Positions 9,403-17,164 of a stretch of DNA of 64,000 nucleotides are shown here, piece after piece. How positions within the stretch are numbered: position 1 is the first letter of the stretch; each line of letters opens with the position of its first letter. Made by a program: the position numbers and the translations under genes. The notes under the pieces were generated by a model. The model was not told the origin of the DNA. It ran no database searches and saw only the letters and a program-made list of their open reading frames with translations. Location: the IMG/VR virus record IMGVR_UViG_2721755587_000001; one strand, written 5' to 3'. The DNA is from a virus. Lineage: Duplodnaviria; Caudoviricetes.

Positions 9403-10177
9403 AGAGATGAAGCCCGGTGCGCAGGCACTGACCGTTGCCAGATGGACCGGATCGGTCTCCCAGCACGCCAATGGCGGGTTTGTCGCGGTCAGCGACTACA
9501 TGGCGTTGGCGAGCGAGCATGACAGCTGGAAGCGCATGTACGAGGACGCCGTCCGCAGCCTAGCTTGCATTGATCAGGCTCTGGGCATCCCGGCTGACGA
9601 GGCGGGCGGTGCCGCGCCGATCCTGGCGGAAATCGAGCGCCTGAAGGAAGGAGCGAAGGTGGCCGGAGTTGATGCCAAGCACGAGGCCCTGGAGCTCACT
9701 GCGCGCTCCATTGCTCACGGCAACGCGAATGAGTGGGCTGCCCAAGATGGAAAGGTCGGTTCTCTGATCGAAAGCGAGTTCTACCCGTTCATCGAAACGG
9801 ACGTTGCCGCCTACACCGGCGATGATGCTGACGATGAGCGCTTGCGCGCTTACCTCGCGGCAGCCAACCCAAACACTGTCTTGGAGCTCTTCGATTGCGT
9901 TCGCGCGGTCCGGGCTAGTGCTCAGGCCACGGTCGCGCGCCCGCTGATGGATGCGAAGTACGGAAACGAGGGATATCACCCGTTCGCGGTTGCATCCATG
10001 CCGAAGCTGGGGCTGACGGACGATTTCGCGGGAGACAACGTGCACTTGGTTCGATGCATTGAGGCCCTGATTTCGCTTGATGCGAACGGCAGTTTAGTGC
10101 CGCACGGCATAGGCTGCCATGCGCGCACGCTGCTATCCGCATCGGCAGTACGGCTCGCCCGGCAGGAGCGCGCATGA
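9395..10177 (+). CDS. Ead/Ea22-like mosaic protein
   Basis: AYLAAANPNTVLELFD. Confidence 0.6.
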   Translation: MNEEMKPGAQALTVARWTGSVSQHANGGFVAVSDYMALASEHDSWKRMYEDAVRSLACIDQALGIPADEAGGAAPILAEIERLKEGAKVAGVDAKHEALELTARSIAHGNANEWAAQDGKVGSLIESEFYPFIETDVAAYTGDDADDERLRAYLAAANPNTVLELFDCVRAVRASAQATVARPLMDAKYGNEGYHPFAVASMPKLGLTDDFAGDNVHLVRCIEALISLDANGSLVPHGIGCHARTLLSASAVRLARQERA

Positions 10178-11970
10178 TCCACCGCGAATACAAGACGTTC
10201 GGCTTCTGCTGCGGCCTGGGCGGCGGGGCCAAGGGCTTCAAGAAGGCTGCTTCCCAGGTGGGCAACATGATCGCGACCTGGCGCTGCATCGGCGGCATCG
10301 ACGTCGACCCGGCAGCGGCGCGCGACTTCGAGCACCTCGTTGGCGTGCCGTGCACAGTGATGGACCTGTTCACCCGGGCGATGTACACCGCCTTCCACGG
10401 CAAAGAGCCGCCGGCGGGCTGGCGCGAGGCCACGGCCGCCGACGTTCGGCGTGCCGCCGGCAACGAGACGCCCGACTGCGTGTTCATCTCGTCGCCCTGT
10501 AAGGGCGCGTCCGGTCTGCTGTCCGAGGCGCTCAGCCGCACACCGAAGTACCAAGCTCTGAACGAGCTGACCCTGCGCTGCGTGTGGCTGATGTGCGAGG
10601 CTTGGAAAGACAAGCCCGTCAAGCTGATCGTCTTCGAGAACGTGCCGCGACTGGCCACGCGCGGGCGGCACTTGTTGGACCAGATCAACCAGATCCTGCG
10701 CCACTACGGCTATGCTGTGAATGAGACTACGCATGACTGCGGCCAGATCGGCAAGCTGGCCCAAAGCCGCAAGCGCTTCCTGATGGTTGCCCGGCACATG
10801 GAGCAGGTCCCGGCCTTCCTCTACGAGCCTGAGATTCATCGCCTGCAGGGCGTCGGTACCGTGCTGGGCCGCATGCCGCTGCCTGGCGATCCGGCCGGCG
10901 GACCGATGCACCGCGTGCCGTCGCTGCAGTGGAAGACCTGGGTGCGGCTGGCGTTTGTTGAGGCCGGTAGCGACTGGCGGAGCCTGAACAAGCTGGCGGT
11001 GGAGAACGGCCACCTCAGCGATTACCTGATCGTGCCCGAATATCGCGACGGCTACATGGGGGTGAATCGATGGGACGAGCCCAGCGGGACCGTCGCTGGT
11101 CGTAGTGGGCCGACGAACGGCACGTTCAGCGTTGCGGATCCCCGTTTCGCCAAAAGCGCGAAATGGAATGACGGCCATGCCTACGGCGTGCTGCCGTGGG
11201 ACCAGCATACGAACACCATCGCTGCGCAGCAGATGCCAGGCCAGGGCTACTACACCGTCGCGGACCCGCGTCACGCTGGCCCGGCCAAGCACAATAACGA
11301 GTTCCGGATCGTGCCGTGGGGCCACGCCGCCGGCGCAGTAACCGGCGCCCACGGCACCGGCCAGTGCGTGCAGGACCCGCGCGCGTCGACCGGCTTCGAG
11401 GGCGCGGGCAAGTACCGCATCACCGGATTCGACGAGCCGGCCGGCACGGTCATCGCTCGCAGCGATACCGGCCAGGGCGCTTATGCCGTGGCGGATCCCC
11501 GCCCGGGCATGCGGCGCGAGCGCGGCGACCACTACCTGACCGGTGGCCACTATGGCGTGGTGGGCTGGGAACAGCCGAGCGGTGCGGTGTCTGCTGCTGC
11601 TGGCCACGACAACGGCCGGTGGTCTGTGGCGGACCCGCGCCTGCCTGCGGCGAACGACAAGCTGATTGCGATCATCCGCGCGCTGGACGGTACCTGGCAC
11701 CGCCCTTTCACTACGTTTGAACTGGCCTGCCTGCAGTCGCTTGTTGAGCCCGAGGAATATCTCGAGTTGGACGGGCTGAGCGATCAGGCCTGGCGCGAGC
11801 GCATCGGCAACGCTGTGCCGCCGGACGCCGCGTGCGCGATCGCCGAGGTGATGGGCACCACCCTGCTACTGGCCGAGACCGGCGAGACGTTCATGCTGTC
11901 GGCCATGCCGGTGTGGGTCCAGCCCGTGGCCGTGGCGCTGTCGGTGGCGCAGCCTGCGGAGGTCTCATGA
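10174..11970 (+). CDS. DNA cytosine-5 methyltransferase with internal repeats
   Basis: motif I FCCGLGG, IV SSPCKG, VI FENV, VIII QSRKR, X IGNAVPP. Confidence 0.9.
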   Translation: MIHREYKTFGFCCGLGGGAKGFKKAASQVGNMIATWRCIGGIDVDPAAARDFEHLVGVPCTVMDLFTRAMYTAFHGKEPPAGWREATAADVRRAAGNETPDCVFISSPCKGASGLLSEALSRTPKYQALNELTLRCVWLMCEAWKDKPVKLIVFENVPRLATRGRHLLDQINQILRHYGYAVNETTHDCGQIGKLAQSRKRFLMVARHMEQVPAFLYEPEIHRLQGVGTVLGRMPLPGDPAGGPMHRVPSLQWKTWVRLAFVEAGSDWRSLNKLAVENGHLSDYLIVPEYRDGYMGVNRWDEPSGTVAGRSGPTNGTFSVADPRFAKSAKWNDGHAYGVLPWDQHTNTIAAQQMPGQGYYTVADPRHAGPAKHNNEFRIVPWGHAAGAVTGAHGTGQCVQDPRASTGFEGAGKYRITGFDEPAGTVIARSDTGQGAYAVADPRPGMRRERGDHYLTGGHYGVVGWEQPSGAVSAAAGHDNGRWSVADPRLPAANDKLIAIIRALDGTWHRPFTTFELACLQSLVEPEEYLELDGLSDQAWRERIGNAVPPDAACAIAEVMGTTLLLAETGETFMLSAMPVWVQPVAVALSVAQPAEVS

Positions 11971-12608
11971 TGGGTAGTCAAAAGCTCTTGAATCAGGGCT
12001 GGTTGGACCACAGCCCCGTCCGCAAGCCCCGCGCCGGCCATATCGGTGAACAGGTCTTTGCGGAGCGGTGGCGCGAGTTGATGGCGAGCGTTCCCCTGCA
12101 TGGAGAGGGCCATCCCAACGAGATGCTCGAGACGATCCTGCGCAATTACCACAAGGACCAAGTCGATCAACGCGATGCTACTGTGGCTGCAACGGTGGTC
12201 TGCTGGCTTGGCTGCAATTGCGGTCGGGCTATCCTGTACATCGCGAAGCGATTGAAAGAGCTCGGGGCTGGACCCGAGTCATACCTGTATGCCTGGGCAG
12301 GAGAAAACCGGAGGTCTTTGGGGATCAATCGTGGCTACAGGACGATCGAATACATGCTTGCCCCTGACGACCACTTTGGGCGGCAATGGCCACATGAATC
12401 AGAGTTGAGCCTGGTTCGTCGCCCGGAAATTTCAGTCAATGACCTTGAGGTCGCGGAGCACCTCTTTGCCTGGTTCAGGACTGGCGACGGGGAGGCATGG
12501 ATCGCAGAGTCTGAGCGGGAAGTAGACCGCCGCCAGGCGGAGGCCTACAGGCTCGGGCACGACAAGTGGCGCGCAGAAGCTGTTTGCCTAGGACCACTAG
12601 CCGAGTAA
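11967..12608 (+). CDS. phage hypothetical protein
   Basis: ATGA overlap; QRDATVAATVVCWLGCNCG. Confidence 0.65.
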   Translation: MMGSQKLLNQGWLDHSPVRKPRAGHIGEQVFAERWRELMASVPLHGEGHPNEMLETILRNYHKDQVDQRDATVAATVVCWLGCNCGRAILYIAKRLKELGAGPESYLYAWAGENRRSLGINRGYRTIEYMLAPDDHFGRQWPHESELSLVRRPEISVNDLEVAEHLFAWFRTGDGEAWIAESEREVDRRQAEAYRLGHDKWRAEAVCLGPLAE

Positions 12609-12616
12609 AGTTTTTG

Positions 12617-12644
12617 TTGAAAAATATGCATACATGGCTATACT
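12617..12644 (+). promoter_or_regulatory. sigma70 promoter with operator-like site, driving the structured RNA region
   Basis: TTGAAA-16-TATACT; ATGCATACATGGCTA 12626-12640. Confidence 0.7.
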
Positions 12645-12649
12645 TAGGC

Positions 12650-14630
12650 CAATACGAATTCTGCTTCGTTGGTGAAGGCCTCCTCGGCCGTGGGGCACCG
12701 CCGAACTGCAGGAAGATTGGCCGGTCGTAAGCGGCCCCGAGCAATCCACCGTATTGCACATGCGGCCCGCGCAAGCGGGGAGTCAAACGTCCGTCTCCTA
12801 CGGCAGCCCGAAAGGACAGGGTAATGTGCAGTGTCCTTGATAGTCGGCCGCGCCGCCGTGCATCGAAACGCCGGCGCGGCCAGTCTGTCACCAATCTCGG
12901 TAAGCACATTCAGCGAGTGCGCTTACCGAGACTGGATGGTGACCCTTCAAGACGGTCTCTTTAAATGTCTACCAAGGGCGCAGTGGTTCGCTTGAGACAC
13001 GAACCCGACTGGCCGGCGTAACCGGCTACAGAATGCACCCCGAGAGGGCCGCGCTGCAGCAGTACGCAGCAATCCGAATGACTGCCGTGGTGGGTGGTCG
13101 CTAGGTAGGTCCGACACAAGACTCAGCTAGCGCACCTCTCGCTTGCTGGCGCGGCTGACAGCGAAAAGTCGGCCACCTGTTGCAAGATGGCTCCGCCGCA
13201 GGAGTCTGACGCATCGCCGGACGAGAGTACCCGGCTGGAATTCCTGATCGCCACCAGTAGCCGGGTCGCCACCGGCGAAGGAGAAGAGGTGGCAGCGAGA
13301 CGGTAGCGTGCGGGGCGCAAGGCCCAATCCGTGACTAGCCGGGGAGAGTACCGGCATCTTCAAGCGTGCGGCTGCCCCGAGCGGGGTATCCCGCGATTCC
13401 AGGCCACACACCTATGTGCGGCCGCACACTTGAGGGTGAGAACACGTAGCGCGTGAATGGACTGGTCCTCCGCGCGGCAGATAGAGAACCGCGACGAGCC
13501 GGAGTAGCGACCGGCCACCTTCAGCTTTCAAGTGAGCGTCCTGCTGTCCAGTGGGCGCGGCCAGAGATGGCGACAAGAGGTGGTAGCGCACCTCAGCAGC
13601 TAAAACGCAAATGAGCGATCCGGTGGGCCTTTGGCCACATGACTCCGGTAGCAGGGTTGGCACGCATAGCCTCCCTGCCTTGTTCCCGAATTGGCGACAG
13701 GTGCTCAGGGCGTTCACTTGATGGCATGCATGCGAATGCACCTTTCAGACAGGTATAGATTGGACTCTTGGCCTGGCAGTCGGTGGAAGCCCGACCCTTC
13801 ATGCATCACCATCTCGGGGTCACGGGGTTGTAGCCGGACCTTAAACGACGGTCTGACCCGCGCCGGTGTGGTGATGCATGAGGGAATGCGCGGGCTGACG
13901 CGCGGCGGATGGAAGCGAACCGGCGGCGACGAATGTCCTGGGCCGTACCACGTAAGTGAGCAAAGCGGCGAATACAAAAAATCACCGCGTCCCTGTGCCG
14001 GGATCAGCGCCGGCCCCTCAGCCGCAAGCCCGGAGGCGGCGCGCAAGCGAAAAACACACGGGACGGATTAGCAGAGTGCGGGCGGACCGAAATGCCGTCG
14101 CTGGAATCGTAACCAGCACCTTCATGGATGTCTGTTTTCAGAGAAGTGACTCGCCCAAATATCATTGGGAAGGAGAACGTAACGTCCAGGGACATCCATG
14201 AGGGGCCACCTAGTCGTCAGCCCGTGGGCCGAGCAGGCAGGTGATATGCGGTGATCCGCGCCCTCTACTGTATGCGGGCTTGGCCGAGTGGTCAGGCAGC
14301 GGCCTTCCAAGCCGCCAACGCCGGTTCGAATCCGGCAGCCCGCTCCAAGAAACCTACCGCACAATAGGGCGGATGCTGGAACCCGTAACCAGCTCTTTCA
14401 TGCATGGCGATTGCCAAAGGGCCAGCGAAAGCAGCCGCCGACCGCCCGGCAATAGGTGGCGGCAGTCGTCATGCCTGAAAGTGAAGCGGGGATGCGAGCC
14501 CCGTATCAGGACACTCCTCTGTCGAAAGCCAAAAATGCCGCCACTTGCCAGGCGGAAGGCGCGAGCTGGGAGCAAGAGAAACCTGCATGGACTTTGCGTG
14601 CCGCCGGGGTAGCGTCCGGCCACTTTCTTC
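12650..14630 (+). ncRNA. candidate polycistronic structured ncRNA array
   Basis: no credible ORF; chained 15-21 bp stems, repeated GCCGG-loop-CCGGC hairpins, GNRA tetraloops, embedded tRNA. Confidence 0.65.
14274..14347 (+). tRNA. tRNA-Gly (anticodon TCC)
   Basis: acceptor GCGGGCT/AGCCCGC, anticodon arm GCGGC-CTTCCAA-GCCGC, T arm GCCGG-TTCGAAT-CCGGC, T discriminator, encoded CCA. Confidence 0.95.
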
Positions 14631-14654
14631 AATTTCGACAACGGGACGAAACGA

Positions 14655-14810
14655 ATGGCATACCTGCTCTTGTTGGTGGTGCTCTGCTTCTGGCGTTTTC
14701 CCGTGACGCCGGCGCTGTCGGGGGCTGGATCGCCCGCCTGGCGGAGTCAGCCAAGCCCACAGCCTACTCCACGCCTGGGTGCCAGGGCATGGAAAACGGA
14801 GTGGGGTTAG
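14655..14810 (+). CDS. possible 51-aa peptide with hydrophobic N-terminus
   Basis: MAYLLLLVVLCFWRFP...; weak RBS; precedes the terminator. Confidence 0.3.
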   Translation: MAYLLLLVVLCFWRFPVTPALSGAGSPAWRSQPSPQPTPRLGARAWKTEWG

Positions 14811-14849
14811 TGGCAGCACCATGACGACTTCAACACGGGAATGTTGACG

Positions 14850-14879
14850 AAACCCGGCTTCGGCCGGGTTTGTCTTTTC
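14850..14879 (+). terminator. intrinsic terminator
   Basis: AAACCCGGC-TTCG-GCCGGGTTT then T-rich. Confidence 0.85.
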
Positions 14880-14902
14880 TGGGGTCGGCTAGATCCGCTA
14901 GC

Positions 14903-15595
14903 CTAGATCTTGTCGAAGCTAGCCATCAGCATGAGCCGGCCCGCGGTGTCAGGGTGCCACGCTTGTACCAGCTCCTTGTGCCGCATCCCAGGCTCGGCGT
15001 ACAGGATTCTCACCGCGACAATTCCGACGTGGTAGGACCAATAGGCGAATGTGCACCTGCCATCGACGTCGTTTCCATTCACTTCTGTCCAGCCCGCGAC
15101 CCTAGTACCCGGCTCGTGGGACGGTGTTGGACCGATGGCAATGAAGACGTGCGGATGCGCCGTTCGAGTAAGAAAAGCACTCGCAAACGGGCGGAGATCG
15201 ATTGGAACCTTGTGTTCGGCGATTAGACAGCCGAAAAGCTTCACGAAATAGAGGTGGGTATCAAGCAAAGCATCCTCCACCGGTTGCTTGAATACTTCAG
15301 CCATCTCAATTGAGTCCCCCGGTCGGATAGATGGTCGACTTCTCAGATCGCCAGACAATTGCTCCCATGCTTTGTCATACGGCTGGCTGAGATTGTTGTT
15401 GCAGTCCGCGCATAGAAGAGCCTTCGACTTGAAGGCCGGATCCATCACTGTGCGTTTTGGGACGTTGCGCGCCTTACTCGAGTGAACATAAAGAAGCTTG
15501 TTCTGAGAAACGTGCCCAAACAACCCCCTCAGATCGGAGACCTTCATCAGGTGCTCTCCCGTCTCGGCAGCTTTCCCGCAGATCCAGCAATCCAT
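14903..15595 (-). CDS. HNH-like nuclease domain protein (moron)
   Basis: CWICG...TGEH...CADCNN; GGAGG RBS; opposite strand to neighbours. Confidence 0.7.
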   Translation of the reverse strand: MDCWICGKAAETGEHLMKVSDLRGLFGHVSQNKLLYVHSSKARNVPKRTVMDPAFKSKALLCADCNNNLSQPYDKAWEQLSGDLRSRPSIRPGDSIEMAEVFKQPVEDALLDTHLYFVKLFGCLIAEHKVPIDLRPFASAFLTRTAHPHVFIAIGPTPSHEPGTRVAGWTEVNGNDVDGRCTFAYWSYHVGIVAVRILYAEPGMRHKELVQAWHPDTAGRLMLMASFDKI

Positions 15596-15672
15596 TTCCC
15601 CCTCCTGCAGTACGTTCGGTCCTGACGTGAATTCTAAGGCAACAGGAGATCAGGCCTCTTGTTGGGGAAGAT

Positions 15673-15713
15673 GGAAAACGGCGTTCCGCTGACTCAATCC
15701 CGTATCCCAAGAT
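15673..15713 (+). promoter_or_regulatory. late-promoter motif
   Basis: GGAAAA-N29-CAAGAT. Confidence 0.6.
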
Positions 15714-15878
15714 GAATCCATGCCACCCCGGAAGATCGTGCAGTCGGGTCACGCGGGTGAGGGGTAAATCGCCCGGACACATGACATGGCGCGGGGCCGT
15801 GTCAATCCGACACCCCGCTACGGCAGCGCCCAGCGCGAAAGCGTAGCCCGATGGGCGCACCACCCAAGGAGATTGAGC

Positions 15879-15956
15879 ATGTGGTTTCCCGTTTGTGTGT
15901 TCCTATGGGCCGGTGTCTTCGTGTCTGCCTGTGGCTGGCCGAGCGACGACGGTTGA
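15879..15956 (+). CDS. possible 25-aa hydrophobic peptide
   Basis: AAGGAG RBS; MWFPVCVFLWAGVFVSACGWPSDDG. Confidence 0.4.
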   Translation: MWFPVCVFLWAGVFVSACGWPSDDG

Positions 15957-16050
15957 GGCATGCCATGAAACTCACCCCGGCTTACCGGACCCAAGCGATC
16001 GAGGAAGGTGGACTGCCGGTCCCCGGCGAGTTGGCGCAACGGAGCGAGCT

Positions 16051-16734
16051 ATGAGCGTCAAACACTTCGGCAAGAACACGGCCGGCCGAGATTTCGCTGT
16101 CGGCGACATCCACGGTTGCTTCTCGCGCCTGCAGGTGAAGCTCGACAGTATCGGGTTTGACCCATACTGCGATCGACTCTTCAGCACCGGTGACCTGGTG
16201 GATCGCGGCCCGGAATCGGAGCAAGTGCTCTCTTGGCTGGACAAGTCATGGTTCCATGCGGTGCGCGGAAACCACGAGGACATGGCAATCCATCACTACC
16301 GCCACGGTATCGACGTGTACGCATACAACGCTAACGGCGGTGCGTGGTTCATCGGTATGACCCCGGCGGAGAGGGCAGATTATGCGCTTGCATTCGCCGA
16401 CCTTCCGGTGGCCATGGAGGTGGAGACTGAATCCGGCTTGGTTGGAATTGTTCACGCCGAATGTCCCGTCACCGACTGGTCTCGCCTTGAACTCGCACTG
16501 ACTGGCCCAGCCAAGCAGATGTACGAGGCTTGGTGTATGTGGCAGGACCAGCGCATCAAATGCGTTTGCGATGATGACGTGGCCGGCGTGCGCGCCGTGG
16601 TGGTTGGCCACTACGTTGTAGAGCGCTTCACCAGCCTTGGCAATGTGTACTACTGCGACACTGGGGCATATCGCCGGGGTCGCGACTTCACGATCATCGA
16701 CTTGGCGACTATGGAGCCTGTCAAGGCGGCCTAG
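16051..16734 (+). CDS. Ser/Thr protein phosphatase (lambda NinI / P1 Ppp-like metallophosphoesterase)
   Basis: GDIHG, GDLVDRG, RGNHE, VVGH, DTGA. Confidence 0.9.
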   Translation: MSVKHFGKNTAGRDFAVGDIHGCFSRLQVKLDSIGFDPYCDRLFSTGDLVDRGPESEQVLSWLDKSWFHAVRGNHEDMAIHHYRHGIDVYAYNANGGAWFIGMTPAERADYALAFADLPVAMEVETESGLVGIVHAECPVTDWSRLELALTGPAKQMYEAWCMWQDQRIKCVCDDDVAGVRAVVVGHYVVERFTSLGNVYYCDTGAYRRGRDFTIIDLATMEPVKAA

Positions 16735-16782
16735 CCCTGGGTCAGACTGACCGATTGTCTCCCGTGCTATCCCGGCATGTTG

Positions 16783-16813
16783 GCCCGCAGCCCACCCCGC
16801 TGCGGGCTTTTTT
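16783..16813 (+). terminator. intrinsic terminator
   Basis: GCCCGCAGC/GCTGCGGGC + T6. Confidence 0.85.
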
Positions 16814-16819
16814 CTTCCC

Positions 16820-16860
16820 GGAAAATGAAACTCATGGGGATGGGCCCCGCCTCCCATAAT
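16820..16860 (+). promoter_or_regulatory. late-promoter motif (baseplate operon)
   Basis: GGAAAA-N29-CATAAT. Confidence 0.7.
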
Positions 16861-16867
16861 CCTCCGC

Positions 16868-17161
16868 ATGGCAACCAAAATCACCGGCGAAGACGTCCAA
16901 GCGATGGTCTCCCATTGGCTGGGCACGCCCCCCAATGGCTATCTCGGCTCGCCCTATGGCTCGCCGATCAAGGACATGCTCCAGACACCCCAGGCAGCCG
17001 GCCTGGCTGATGCCTTCCTTGGGAAGCTGCGGACCGACGTCCCCGTGATCACTGCGCTGCCGAACAACGCCGTCAACCTGTACTACCAGGACACCCAGCC
17101 GGACAAGCGGAGCATCTTCGTTGAAGTAGCCGGGAAACTGATCGAAGCGCCAAAAGGCTGA
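16868..17161 (+). CDS. baseplate wedge protein, T4 gp25-like (P1 PmgA position)
   Basis: WLGTPPNGYLGSPYGS; precedes the BplA-like gene. Confidence 0.6.
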   Translation: MATKITGEDVQAMVSHWLGTPPNGYLGSPYGSPIKDMLQTPQAAGLADAFLGKLRTDVPVITALPNNAVNLYYQDTQPDKRSIFVEVAGKLIEAPKG

Positions 17162-17164
17162 TGC

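Noticed and set aside
12650-14630. CRISPR or TIGR-type array, or protein-coding ORFs, in the structured region
   Set aside because: Units share structure rather than fixed-length repeats and spacers, and no cas-like gene is nearby; the ORFs lack RBSs and recognisable motifs
12650-14630. Assignment to C4 antisense RNA, GOLLD/ROOL or a ribozyme
   Set aside because: I could not match their conserved sequences by eye; a covariance-model search is needed
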